This document shows, in pieces, positions 31,430-40,973 of a stretch of 64,000 nucleotides of DNA. The position numbers and the translations under genes are program-made. The notes under the pieces are model-generated. The model saw only the letters and a list, made by a program, of their open reading frames with translations, searched no databases and was not told the DNA's origin. Each line of letters begins with the position of its first letter. The first letter of the stretch is position 1. This DNA is from an uncultured delta proteobacterium (GTDB lineage: Bacteria; Desulfobacterota; RBG-13-43-22): positions 171,914 to 235,913 of the forward strand of contig CAWDKY010000053.1 of the NCBI GenBank assembly GCA_963802945.1, written 5' to 3'.

Positions 31430-33386
31430 TCCTATCATTGGTACGCTAAGACAAAAAAACAATCCCATATGGATAATCATTTTTTTTGTTCTGCTGGCAT
31501 CCACTGTTCTTATTTTTCATATTCCTGAAAAAATAACAGCCATTCTTTATCTGTGCTTTTTCTTTCTTCTCACCTTGATCAATCCCATAAATGGCATCAC
31601 CTTAATGGTGATGTCCATCCCTTTTTTCCTGGGTGCCCCCCACAACCCTTATTTTTTTCTTTTCAAAATTGTAATCTATGGCACCCTTATCCTTGGATTC
31701 ATCCATTTATGGAAACAAAAAACATCTATAGAAATCCCTTTTAAACCCCTGGTCCTTTTGTTGTTCCTGTCAGTTCTTTTCAGCATTCCCATCAATGCCA
31801 AGGAATATTACTATGAATTTTGGGCCACCCCGGCAAAAGAAATATGGTTCCAGTGGGTCAGAGGTCATGAAAAGTTTCCTCTTTTCCACCTCAGGGCTTT
31901 AACCAATACCCTCAGCGGTATGTTAATTTTCATTTTAACAGCCAACTTGTTTTCAAAAAATAACGCTGATGATTTGAAAAGAAATCTAATGGGTATGATC
32001 TGGATGGCGGTTATCATCTGCTTGATAGGAATCCTTTTCCTCTTCGACGTCATACCTCCCCAGCCGAAAACCTATTTATCCCTTTCCTTGGCAGGCATTC
32101 ATGAAGGGGCCATTTCCGCTTTCGCCTTTAACCGCCAATATCTGGCCCAGTTCCTGCTGATCCTCTTCCCTTTGATATTTTATTTCCTGAATTTGAACCG
32201 TAAGAAATTTTTACGGTTATCTATTTATTTGTTGGTCCTCGGTCTTTTTATAGTATCTTTATCGGCCAGCATGCAACGTAGCGCTTTTCTAGTCCTTTTT
32301 CTGGAAATGATTCTTTTCGGCCTACTCTATATTTTTCTTATTTCAACTAGGAGGAAAAAGGCTCTCTTATTTTTTATTATTCCTTTTTTCCTTCTGGCCG
32401 TCATGATTCTCTTAGATTTTGAATTATTAAACAAACGATTCATAGAAAGGCTGACTCTTTGGGGTCTTTCTGACCCTGATAACAGACGGCTGCATCTCTG
32501 GAACACCGCTTGGCATATGTTTACTTTTTCTCCTTTTCTTGGGATGGGGCTGGGTAAATATTTTGAATTTTTCCCGGAATTTTTTACCGATTCTCGCGTC
32601 CATTGGAAAACATTTGGGTTTGTGCGAGGAGAGCCCCATTCTTTTTATCTTCAAACCCTATCTGAACGAGGGGCCATCGGATTTCTTCTTCTTTTATTCC
32701 TGGCGGCTGCAATCGTTTATAAAATAATTAAAAAAATAAAAGAAGAACCATCTCAAGAAAACAAGATGCTTATGATAACGCTGATGCTCTCTTTGTTTGG
32801 ATGGTTTTTATTGGGTTTTTTCCATAACGTATCCTATGTTCGGTCCCTAGGTATACTGTTTTGGATCCTTATGGGATGGTTAGCCGGACTGACTACTCCC
32901 CAAGCGGTTGCCGTCAAAAATAAATTGGATATTAAAATCTTTTTTGTTGGATTACTGGTTTTAACAGCGGCCTTTGTGTACCAGATCAAATTGATCTACG
33001 AAAGACCGATAAATCCTTTTTTCCAGACCGGTTTATACAACAAAGAACTCTTGCCGGGAGGAGAGATAATCCACTGGACTAAAAAAAGGGCGGTCTTCAC
33101 TACCCCTATTCAAAATGGGAACATCATCTTATCCTTTTCAGCACCATTGCCGGGGATAACGGAGCATTTCCAAAAAGTCCGCTTCTGGATTGGGCAAAAG
33201 AAAGTTGAGATCCTCTTGAAGGATACCGCCTGGCACCAGATCGTACTTCAACCAGAGAACCCTTTTGAAAAAAAGATGCTCCTCCAATTGGAAACCGGCT
33301 ACACCTTTAATCCCAAGAAGGCCAAGACAAGCAATGATGACCGGGATCTCGGAATAATGATTCGAGAAAAACAAGAAGGAAGTTAG
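31422..33386 (+). CDS. O-antigen ligase (WaaL/Wzy_C) family membrane protein with C-terminal soluble domain
   Basis: Many TMs, SMQRSAF, RLHLW, GMGLG, EPHSFYLQTLSERG; ATG 31422 overlaps the upstream stop. Confidence 0.85.
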   Translation: MPNPIIGTLRQKNNPIWIIIFFVLLASTVLIFHIPEKITAILYLCFFFLLTLINPINGITLMVMSIPFFLGAPHNPYFFLFKIVIYGTLILGFIHLWKQKTSIEIPFKPLVLLLFLSVLFSIPINAKEYYYEFWATPAKEIWFQWVRGHEKFPLFHLRALTNTLSGMLIFILTANLFSKNNADDLKRNLMGMIWMAVIICLIGILFLFDVIPPQPKTYLSLSLAGIHEGAISAFAFNRQYLAQFLLILFPLIFYFLNLNRKKFLRLSIYLLVLGLFIVSLSASMQRSAFLVLFLEMILFGLLYIFLISTRRKKALLFFIIPFFLLAVMILLDFELLNKRFIERLTLWGLSDPDNRRLHLWNTAWHMFTFSPFLGMGLGKYFEFFPEFFTDSRVHWKTFGFVRGEPHSFYLQTLSERGAIGFLLLLFLAAAIVYKIIKKIKEEPSQENKMLMITLMLSLFGWFLLGFFHNVSYVRSLGILFWILMGWLAGLTTPQAVAVKNKLDIKIFFVGLLVLTAAFVYQIKLIYERPINPFFQTGLYNKELLPGGEIIHWTKKRAVFTTPIQNGNIILSFSAPLPGITEHFQKVRFWIGQKKVEILLKDTAWHQIVLQPENPFEKKMLLQLETGYTFNPKKAKTSNDDRDLGIMIREKQEGS

Positions 33387-34840
33387 GCGGTAAAGGAGGG
33401 AGGGGTTACCTGGAGGTCATGACAAAATTCATTGGCCATCACATTCAATACCCTGCTTATTCCAAGAGGAAATACACCTTGGGAACTGCTCCAAATAATC
33501 TCTAAATTTCCCACAGACCCTTTTCCCCAAGACAAAGGAAGACTTAAAGTTGCCGTCCTGTTGTCTCCCTGAAGGGGTTCAGAGGCAAACCAGGTTAGGG
33601 GCTTATCGGGATACATAGCCAGAAAAAGGGAAGCTCGCAGAATGCCTACATCTTCAAATAACTCTCCAGCCAATTTCCACCTTCCATCAATGGCCTTTTC
33701 ATCTTCAAAGGCCCGGCAAAGCAAACGGGTCCTGAAGGCCAGGTACTTGAATTTTTGAGAATCCTTCCATCTGTCAACCAAATCCTGGAAAAGCCCGGCG
33801 AATCTAAAATATCCCAGCAGCCTTGATCCAAAGACAAACGCAGCTCCCAGCATAACCACCACATAGGCGGCCAAGGAGTTTCTGGTAAAAAGTAAAAAGC
33901 CAGCTAAGGCCGCCAAAAATAAATTTACTCCATAGAGCATCAGGACCGCCCGGCGGTGAGAGAATCCCTTTTCCAGCAATCGATGATGAATATGATCACG
34001 ATCAGCCTGCCCGATGGGAACCCCCCGATGCCAACGTCGTAACACCGCATAAATCATGTCCATAATCGGAATTCCAAGGGCGACAATAGGGATAAATAAG
34101 GCAAAGGCGATGGCACTTTTTTCAGAGGCCCACAAGGAAAGGCCCCCCAAATAAAAACCCAGAAACAGGCTGCCCGAATCTCCTAAAAAAATAGTGGCCG
34201 GTGAGAAATTATAACGAAGAAACCCGAGGCAGGCACCGATCAGAGCAATGGCCAAAAAAGGGACTAAGGTATAAATAGTCGAAAAAGTCATGATAAAGAG
34301 AATGGCTGCAGCAAAGGTGGCGATTCCCACGGCCAACCCATCTATTCCATCGGCCAGATTGACGGCATTGGTTATTCCGACCAACCATAATATGGTAATG
34401 GGTCCGCTCAGCCAGGAAAGATCTAATTGTATCCCGAAGGGATTGGAAATGAGTTGTATCTTCAGCCCAAAGATAAAGGCAACACCGGCCGCCACAGTCT
34501 CCGCTGATAATTTCGGCCAGGGAGTCAATCGGTGAATGTCATCCCAAATCCCAATCCCGAAAACGATTAAGCAACCGAGGGAAAGCCCAAAAAGAGGTTT
34601 CCAGAAGGAATGGATTTCCCTCATCATGAAATCCCCCCAAAAAAGCAAGCCAATAAAAGGTAATGTCGTGGCTATAAAAATAGCTACTCCGCCAAGACGA
34701 GGGATCTCCTTTTGGTGAACTTTCCTTTTTCCCGGGGAATCAAGGAGTTCGAATTGGGCTCCTAATGCCCGCACATAGGGGGTGATGATCAAGGCTATAA
34801 TCAAGGAAGTGGTAAAAAACAAAATATAGGTTAAAGTCAT
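33383..34840 (-). CDS. WecA/MraY-family undecaprenyl-phosphate GlcNAc-1-P transferase with C-terminal extension
   Basis: RKVH..IPRLGG, GIWDD, NAVNLADGIDGLA, FLGDSGS, DRDHIHHRL. Confidence 0.92.
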   Translation of the reverse strand: MTLTYILFFTTSLIIALIITPYVRALGAQFELLDSPGKRKVHQKEIPRLGGVAIFIATTLPFIGLLFWGDFMMREIHSFWKPLFGLSLGCLIVFGIGIWDDIHRLTPWPKLSAETVAAGVAFIFGLKIQLISNPFGIQLDLSWLSGPITILWLVGITNAVNLADGIDGLAVGIATFAAAILFIMTFSTIYTLVPFLAIALIGACLGFLRYNFSPATIFLGDSGSLFLGFYLGGLSLWASEKSAIAFALFIPIVALGIPIMDMIYAVLRRWHRGVPIGQADRDHIHHRLLEKGFSHRRAVLMLYGVNLFLAALAGFLLFTRNSLAAYVVVMLGAAFVFGSRLLGYFRFAGLFQDLVDRWKDSQKFKYLAFRTRLLCRAFEDEKAIDGRWKLAGELFEDVGILRASLFLAMYPDKPLTWFASEPLQGDNRTATLSLPLSWGKGSVGNLEIIWSSSQGVFPLGISRVLNVMANEFCHDLQVTPPSFTA

Positions 34841-35610
34841 GATATCCTTTCGGACATTTTCTTCGGCCGTTTTAAAAAGCTGGCCATAAAAACCCGGGAG
34901 GAAAAAAACCTGATTCCGCTTAACGTATGCCTCAATAAAAATCTGAGACGGCGGTGACTGTCCCGCCGGGCATGATGAATAACCGAGATCTGCGGATCAA
35001 ATACAACCTTGTATCCTGCTAATCTTAAACGGCTGCAAAGATCCACGTCCTCAAAATAAAGATGATACCGTTCATCAAATCCGTTCATGGCAGCAAAGGC
35101 GGCACTCGAAAATAACATAAATATACCGGCTACCCAATCCGGATAAAACATCTTATCCATGTTATAGTCCAACTTGCCGTTTTCTTGGTTCAAAACCCTT
35201 TTGATCAGCCGGGCAGGTGTGGGAAGCCGACGGGCACTATCCTCAACTGATTGATCGCTGGAAAGTATCAGCGGGGCAATTACCCCGATTCGCTCATCGG
35301 CCCGTAAAGGGGCAAGAAGAACAAAAGGATCTTGGGTCAATCGAACATCCGGATTCAGGACACAAAAATAATGGGAGGCCCTTAACCGAAAGGCCGCATT
35401 ATGATTGGCCCCAAAGCCCTTGGGGTGCTCATTTTGAATCACTCTCATTTTAAAATTGAAATCATCTTCCTTAAAAGGTATTTTTTCTTGAACATTTATT
35501 GTTATCACCACCTCCATATCTCTGTAAAGGCAAAACCGTTCGATACCCATTAAAAGTCCATGTACCAAGTCGGCCTGTTTATGACTGACTATTGATAGCA
35601 AAATCGACAT
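34837..35610 (-). CDS. Glycosyltransferase family 2 (WbbL-like)
   Basis: GFGANHN, LNPD, DWVAG, GFDERYHLYFEDVDLC. Confidence 0.88.
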   Translation of the reverse strand: MSILLSIVSHKQADLVHGLLMGIERFCLYRDMEVVITINVQEKIPFKEDDFNFKMRVIQNEHPKGFGANHNAAFRLRASHYFCVLNPDVRLTQDPFVLLAPLRADERIGVIAPLILSSDQSVEDSARRLPTPARLIKRVLNQENGKLDYNMDKMFYPDWVAGIFMLFSSAAFAAMNGFDERYHLYFEDVDLCSRLRLAGYKVVFDPQISVIHHARRDSHRRLRFLLRHTLSGIRFFSSRVFMASFLKRPKKMSERIS

Positions 35611-35922
35611 TAAGGTCCTTCTTTCAATGATGATATCTCACAAAATATGCTTCTTGCTGAATCGTTGTCAAGTAGTTTGAATGGGCTAAAAATTTTTTAA
35701 AAAAGACTACGGATTCGAATAAAATCAGAAGATTGTTAAAATGATTTTAAACTCCTCTGCTAAAAAGCCATTATGATTGAACCGGATCTATATCTTGCTT
35801 CGGATTGATCAAATAAGAAAAGTTTTACCCAATTCCCCCACCCTTTCTTCCCCTTCTAAAAAGCTGTCTTGTTGATTAAACATACTCTTATCAAAAAAAT
35901 ACCTTTTAAGAATAAAAAATAC

Positions 35923-35951
35923 TTGACAATGTCTTGCCCCTCGTTTATTAA
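35923..35951 (+). promoter_or_regulatory. Putative sigma70 promoter upstream of the RfaH-like gene
   Basis: TTGACA-17 nt-TATTAA. Confidence 0.55.
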
Positions 35952-36000
35952 GTATGTTCAGAGCATGAACATATAAAATACATAGGGTTTTCTTACTATC

Positions 36001-36534
36001 ATGAACCACTGGTATTGTATTTACACCAAACCCAACAAAGAGGAGTTTGTCTGCTGGCTGCTCAGAAAGTTTAATGATATCGAACTGTTCAATCCAAAAT
36101 TGAAGAGAAAAAGATTGGTTCGTGGGCGGGTTTCGGAGATTGTGGAAGAACTTTTTCCCTGTTACGTTTTTTCCCGCTTTAATCCCTTAACCTATTACCA
36201 TCTCATAAAATATACCAAAGGGGTAAAACGGATCGTCGGTGACAGTAGTGGAAATCCTTACGCCGTTGATCCGACAGTTATAAATGAAATTAAGGCCCAA
36301 AGCGAGAACGGATATTTTCGGGTTCAACCGATCGAATTCCAAAAAGGGGACCCGGTTATGATCAAAGGGGGCCCCTTTCAGGGATTGGAAGGTATTTTCT
36401 TAAGTAAGTGTAAGGCCAGTGAGAGGGTCTCCATTTTGCTGAATCTGATTAAATCTACAGCCCGAGTTAAAATAGAAAAATGTTTTTTGGCAAAGGGGGA
36501 GGAGTCGAATGAAAGGGTTAAGGTTTTAAGCTAA
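36001..36534 (+). CDS. RfaH-like NusG paralogue (transcription antiterminator)
   Basis: WYCIYTKPNKEE, LFPCYVF, YTKGV NGN motifs; KOW GDPVMIKGGPFQGLEG; ERVSILL. Confidence 0.88.
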   Translation: MNHWYCIYTKPNKEEFVCWLLRKFNDIELFNPKLKRKRLVRGRVSEIVEELFPCYVFSRFNPLTYYHLIKYTKGVKRIVGDSSGNPYAVDPTVINEIKAQSENGYFRVQPIEFQKGDPVMIKGGPFQGLEGIFLSKCKASERVSILLNLIKSTARVKIEKCFLAKGEESNERVKVLS

Positions 36535-36597
36535 CGGTTTAAAGTTATTTCGTTTTATTACTGAGAGCATAAAAAAGATTACATCATAGAAACATAT

Positions 36598-36701
36598 TTT
36601 CACTGCCCACGAGTCTCGATAAAAGCGAAACTCCTTCGAGAAGCGAAGAACTCAGAGATAAACATTTTCTTCTCTACGCCCTCAGGGTCTCGGCAGTGAA
36701 A
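36598..36701. repeat. Inverted-repeat element (9-nt-period family) with a 30-nt hairpin insertion
   Basis: TTTCACTGCC / GGCAGTGAAA perfect IR; extends to TTTCACTGCCGAGA if 36608-36637 is removed. Confidence 0.7.
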
Positions 36702-36765
36702 GAAATTTATAATCTGCCCCGCTTAATAAATAAACTACTTTTAATCCTCCTTTTAGGCAGGGAAT

Positions 36766-36777
36766 GGCGGTAGCCTG
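36766..36777 (+). promoter_or_regulatory. ops (operon polarity suppressor) element
   Basis: GGCGGTAGCCTG matches consensus GGCGGTAGnnTG, ~30 nt upstream of the first gene of a ~20-kb glycan operon and next to an RfaH-like gene. Confidence 0.8.
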
Positions 36778-36806
36778 CCATTAAATCCCTCCCTCAGCTA
36801 ATATTT

Positions 36807-37145
36807 ATGGATGAAAACCACCTAAAGACCTTGAAAATTCTCGAAGAAAACCCGGCCTTGTCCCAACGGCATCTGGCCCGAGAATTAAACCTTAGCCTGG
36901 GCAAGGCCAATTACATTATCAACGCCTTGATTCAAAAAGGATATTTAAAAGCCAAACGATTTAAAAATTCCAATAACAAACGGGCTTATGTCTATTATCT
37001 GACACCGGAAGGGATTAAGAAGAAATTTGAATTGACTTATCAATTTTTTAGGACAAAATCACTGGAATTTGAACAGTTGAGGCAGGAAATTCGAGCCTTG
37101 GAACAGGACATTAAGGCTTCTAATTTCCCTCCGGAGTCGCCATAA
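36807..37145 (+). CDS. MarR-family EPS-associated transcriptional regulator
   Basis: SQRHLARELNLSLGKANY, FKNSNNKRAYVYYLTPEG. Confidence 0.9.
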   Translation: MDENHLKTLKILEENPALSQRHLARELNLSLGKANYIINALIQKGYLKAKRFKNSNNKRAYVYYLTPEGIKKKFELTYQFFRTKSLEFEQLRQEIRALEQDIKASNFPPESP

Positions 37146-37217
37146 AACAACCCTTTGGTTGGCTAGGCGCTTAATAATTCTTCAATCTTCTCAGAAAGGC
37201 TCGAGGAGGAAGACAAA

Positions 37218-37334
37218 ATGCAATCCGGATGGAACCCTAAAGTAACCTTTGACGAATTGTCCTGTCTCATAGTCCGGGCCGATCTGGAAAAAGCAAAAAA
37301 AAGAAGCTCTGGAGATAGCCAAGCCGATGGATAA
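37218..37334 (+). pseudogene. 38-aa ORF resembling the C-terminal tail of GDP-mannose 4,6-dehydratase (remnant)
   Basis: GAGGAGG RBS; MQSGWNPKVTFDELSCLIVRADLEKAKKR... resembles the Gmd tail GWxPkvtFeELvxxMVxADL; stop overlaps the wzm start. Confidence 0.55.
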
Positions 37335-38406
37335 ACCAAGGATTAAACAAAACACGACCGTATGGATAGTATCTTTTTTGGCTGTATTGGGGTTATGGAA
37401 CACCCTTCGATGGCAATCCATTTTGAATCTGCCCTTTGAGAATAGTCCGCTGTGGGGCGGCCTTATAATGTCAGCCGGAGCAGCCCTTATGGTTCTGGGA
37501 ATTTTTTATTACGGGAATTGGCTAATGGAAGATACGCGACGGCTCTATCAAATTTCAAATCAACGTTTGAATATTCCTTCCATCAAGTGGATTCGCTTTC
37601 TTAATCCGTTAGGACCTTTCTATAACCTCTACCAGCACCGGGACCTATTGCGCCAATTCGTGCGACGGGATATTGAAGGACGTTATAAAGGGTCTTACCT
37701 CGGCCTGATCTGGTCGTTTATCAATCCTCTGTTAATGTTAATGATCTATTCCTTTATTTTTTCAATCGTCTTCAAAGCACGCTGGCGGCCCCAGGGTGAA
37801 GTCAACCTGGGGGAGTTCGCCGTCACCCTTTTTGCCGGCCTGATTGCCTACAATATCTTTTCCGAAACGGTCAATCGGGCTTCCGGGCTGATCATCGGCA
37901 ATCCTAACTATGTCAAGAAGGTCATCTTCCCTTTAGAGATCCTTCCCGTCAGCGCTTTGGGATCGACTATTTTCCACGGCCTCGTCAGCATAGCCATTCT
38001 GATAGCCGGCAAACTGCTGATTATGGGAACGCTTTCCCCGACGATACTATTATTGCCTTTGGTCATTCTCCCCTTGCTTTGGTTGACTCTGGGGTTGTCC
38101 TGGGTCTTGGCCTCTTTAGGAGTATTTCTGAGGGATACGTCTTACGCCGTCGGTATTATTACTCAAGTTCTATTCTTTATGTCTCCCATATTCTATCCGA
38201 TTGAAGCCATACCTAAAAAATATCGGTTTATCCTGCAGATCAACCCCCTTTCGGGCATATTGGAAAATTTCAGGGGCGTACTCATCTGGAATCGCCTGCC
38301 GGACCTGGGAGGATGGCTCATCCAGGTATTCATATCACTGGTCATTTTTGTCATCGGATACATGTGGTTCATGAAAACCAAGCCTGGCTTTGCCGACGTC
38401 GTTTAA
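37327..38406 (+). CDS. wzm: Polysaccharide ABC exporter permease with ~90-aa N-terminal extension
   Basis: RDIEGRYKGSYLGLIWSFINPL, NPNYVKKVIFPLEILP, SPIFYP, NPL, FADVV. Confidence 0.92.
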   Translation: MDKPRIKQNTTVWIVSFLAVLGLWNTLRWQSILNLPFENSPLWGGLIMSAGAALMVLGIFYYGNWLMEDTRRLYQISNQRLNIPSIKWIRFLNPLGPFYNLYQHRDLLRQFVRRDIEGRYKGSYLGLIWSFINPLLMLMIYSFIFSIVFKARWRPQGEVNLGEFAVTLFAGLIAYNIFSETVNRASGLIIGNPNYVKKVIFPLEILPVSALGSTIFHGLVSIAILIAGKLLIMGTLSPTILLLPLVILPLLWLTLGLSWVLASLGVFLRDTSYAVGIITQVLFFMSPIFYPIEAIPKKYRFILQINPLSGILENFRGVLIWNRLPDLGGWLIQVFISLVIFVIGYMWFMKTKPGFADVV

Positions 38407-38420
38407 TTGGAAAGAAATGT

Positions 38421-38622
38421 TTTTACCGCAAAGGCCCAAAGAGCGCAGAGAGAATCATTTTTGTTCAATCCCGCCTCTTAAGGGATTGAACAAAACAGCT
38501 CTGGCCTCCGGCCATAAAAATACCCGGAGGGTAGCGAGGCTTATCGATTGCCGGTGAAAGGCCGGCAATCGATAAATTTTCTTCTTGGCGGCCTCTGCAT
38601 CTCTGCGTCTCGGCGGTTAAAA
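38421..38622. repeat. Multi-hairpin intergenic element between wzm and wzt (9-nt-period inverted arms plus three internal stems)
   Basis: Perfect 14-bp stems 38459-72/38482-95 and 38541-54/38562-75, 7-bp stem 38505-11/38524-30, outer arms 38421-50/38593-622. Confidence 0.8.
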
Positions 38623-38658
38623 TAAATTATAATCTGTCTCTCATAAGCATAGTATTTC

Positions 38659-40041
38659 ATGTTAAATCAATCTGTAAATAATGACGCCATGATTTCCGTG
38701 CGGAATATCGGCAAGATGTATCGATTATTCGATCAGCCCAAGGATCGCTTGAAGGAGCAATTATTATGGAGGTTTGGCAAGAGATATAGTCGGGAGTTCT
38801 GGGCGCTCAAAGATATTTCTTTTGAAGTTAAAAAAGGCGAAACCGTCGGCCTCATCGGCCGAAATGGTTCAGGAAAATCCACGCTGCTACAAGTGATCTG
38901 CGGTACGCTGACGCCTACCCATGGAACCATCGAAACAAGAGGCCGCATTGCTGCTTTGTTGGAGCTTGGTTCTGGGTTCAATCCGGAGTTTACCGGACGT
39001 GAGAATGTCTACATGAACGCCGCGGTACTGGGCTTGAGCAAAAAAGAAATCGATGCACGCTTTGACGACATTGCCACATTTGCTGATATTGGTGATTTCA
39101 TCGAGCAGCCCGTCAAAACTTATTCCAGCGGCATGGTGGTGCGGCTTGCGTTTAGCGTAGCGATCAATGTCGATCCAGAAATTTTGGTTGTTGATGAAGC
39201 CCTTTCGGTAGGTGACGAACTATTCCAGCGCAAGTGTTTTTCCCGCATCGAGGCCATCAAGAGTAGCGGGGCAACGATTCTGTTTGTATCCCACTCTGGC
39301 GCCACCATCATTGAACTATGTGATCGTGCGGTATTGATAGATGCGGGTGAAAAACTGGCGGTTGGCGTCCCCAAACAAATCGTGGGGAGCTACCAAAAAC
39401 TACTTTATGCACCCAAGGATAAACGCGAAGCTATTCGGAATCAAATTCGCCGAGCGGATGAACATATTGCAGCTTCTGCCAATACCGTTCAAGATACATC
39501 ACCAGAATTATACGCCCCCAGTGAAGCTACACCAGAGCTGCAAGAAAGTTTCGACCCAAATCTTAAGCCTATCAGCACTATTGAGTATGCGTCTCAAGGG
39601 GCTAAAATAATATCCGTCTTAATAAAAACGCTTGAGGGCGTGCAAGTTAATAACTTGGTGCGTGGAAAAACTTATCTCTACTGCTACACGGTGAAGTTCC
39701 TGAAAAATTGCACCAATGTCCGTTTTGGGATGTATATCAAGACTATTTCCGGGTTTGATTTAGGAGGCGCGGCCTCATCAAGTTTGAAAAACAGTATTGC
39801 CTTTATAGAAAGCGGATCAACGTATCAAGTCGAGTTCCAATTCCGTTGTATTTTAAATAGTGGTGTTTATTTTGTGAACGCAGGGGTTAATGGCAATATT
39901 GATGGTACTGAGACATTTCTAACGCGACTGCTAGATGCCATCGCGTTTCGAGTGATAGATGAAGTTGATATTTATTCGTCAGGCATTGTGGACTTTGGGT
40001 GCCTTCCCACGATTCAACTAGCTCTAGATCAGAGCGAGTAG
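38659..40041 (+). CDS. wzt: Polysaccharide ABC exporter ATPase with C-terminal carbohydrate-binding (Wzt_C) domain
   Basis: FWALKDISF, GRNGSGKST, YSSGMVVRLAF, DEALSVGD; ~200-aa C-terminal extension. Confidence 0.95.
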   Translation: MLNQSVNNDAMISVRNIGKMYRLFDQPKDRLKEQLLWRFGKRYSREFWALKDISFEVKKGETVGLIGRNGSGKSTLLQVICGTLTPTHGTIETRGRIAALLELGSGFNPEFTGRENVYMNAAVLGLSKKEIDARFDDIATFADIGDFIEQPVKTYSSGMVVRLAFSVAINVDPEILVVDEALSVGDELFQRKCFSRIEAIKSSGATILFVSHSGATIIELCDRAVLIDAGEKLAVGVPKQIVGSYQKLLYAPKDKREAIRNQIRRADEHIAASANTVQDTSPELYAPSEATPELQESFDPNLKPISTIEYASQGAKIISVLIKTLEGVQVNNLVRGKTYLYCYTVKFLKNCTNVRFGMYIKTISGFDLGGAASSSLKNSIAFIESGSTYQVEFQFRCILNSGVYFVNAGVNGNIDGTETFLTRLLDAIAFRVIDEVDIYSSGIVDFGCLPTIQLALDQSE

Positions 40042-40051
40042 GTTTTGTATT

Positions 40052-40777
40052 ATGATTATTTCGCACGATAAAAGGTTTGTCATGTTTCGCGCCTGGAAGG
40101 CTGCCAGCTCAACTTTAGCTTTAAGACTTCGAATTTACAATCAAAGTCCATATTCGCATTTTTTTTACTTTAACAAATTCCTAAACAGGGTGACCCATGG
40201 GCATATTACCTGCGCCGAATTCACTCATCTCCCAGAAAGCAACCTTGGTTATTTTACTGCCTCGTTCGTTAGAAACCCATATGATCGAGTCTATTCCGGA
40301 TTTCGGCAGTTAATAAAAGACATTAACGAACAACCTTTTTTGGATTATCCGGAGTTGTGGATACGAGACAGGGTAAAGAAGCAATTGGCGGAAAATTTTG
40401 AGCAATTAGTCCAAGCATCTTTTGAATTTAACAGGTGGTTTGATTTGATAAGAGAAGAGCAAGTTTATCATGTTGGCGTTAACACGAATTTCCCGCTGCA
40501 CCCCTCTCATTACTGGACGCATAATGCGGGAAGGCAATTCGTCGACTTTATTGGAAAGGTTGAGAACTTTGAAGAGCATTTTAATCGGTTCTTACGCTTA
40601 ATGAATATTGATAACCTGGAAGTCGTCAATGCCAACGTAGTTGAATTAGAATCAAAGGATAAACAGGAACCGTTTGGCTATCGTTACACAAACCGGATGT
40701 CAAAAAAAACTATAGAAAAAATCAATCGAATATTTTGCCTTGATTTCGAATTGTTTAACTACGAACCAATCAAATAG
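40052..40777 (+). CDS. Sulfotransferase family 2 protein
   Basis: WKAASST (5'-PSB-like), VRNPYDRVYS (3'-PB-like), DFIGKVENF, DFELFNY. Confidence 0.78.
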   Translation: MIISHDKRFVMFRAWKAASSTLALRLRIYNQSPYSHFFYFNKFLNRVTHGHITCAEFTHLPESNLGYFTASFVRNPYDRVYSGFRQLIKDINEQPFLDYPELWIRDRVKKQLAENFEQLVQASFEFNRWFDLIREEQVYHVGVNTNFPLHPSHYWTHNAGRQFVDFIGKVENFEEHFNRFLRLMNIDNLEVVNANVVELESKDKQEPFGYRYTNRMSKKTIEKINRIFCLDFELFNYEPIK

Positions 40778-40973
40778 CTCAATAACTCGAATAGCCTCGG
40801 GACGTGGGCCTTTATTTTTTGAGGCGTTCGATCTGAGTAGAAACAACATGATCTTCTATGTAACGGCTGGCCATAGAAAATTTCATACAGACAACCAATG
40901 ACATTGCGATCGGTCGTATCAAAGAAGTATTTTTGATTTCATCAAAGCCCAAGGGATATTTAGGGACAATGGA

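Noticed and set aside
36509-36529. RBS + ATG mini-ORF (MKGLRF*) at the end of the RfaH-like gene
   Set aside because: Only six codons running into a heptamer arm; possibly the scar of a lost gene but not supportable.
38527-38540. Second ops site (GAGGGTAGCGAG)
   Set aside because: Three mismatches to GGCGGTAGnnTG and embedded in a repeat hairpin.
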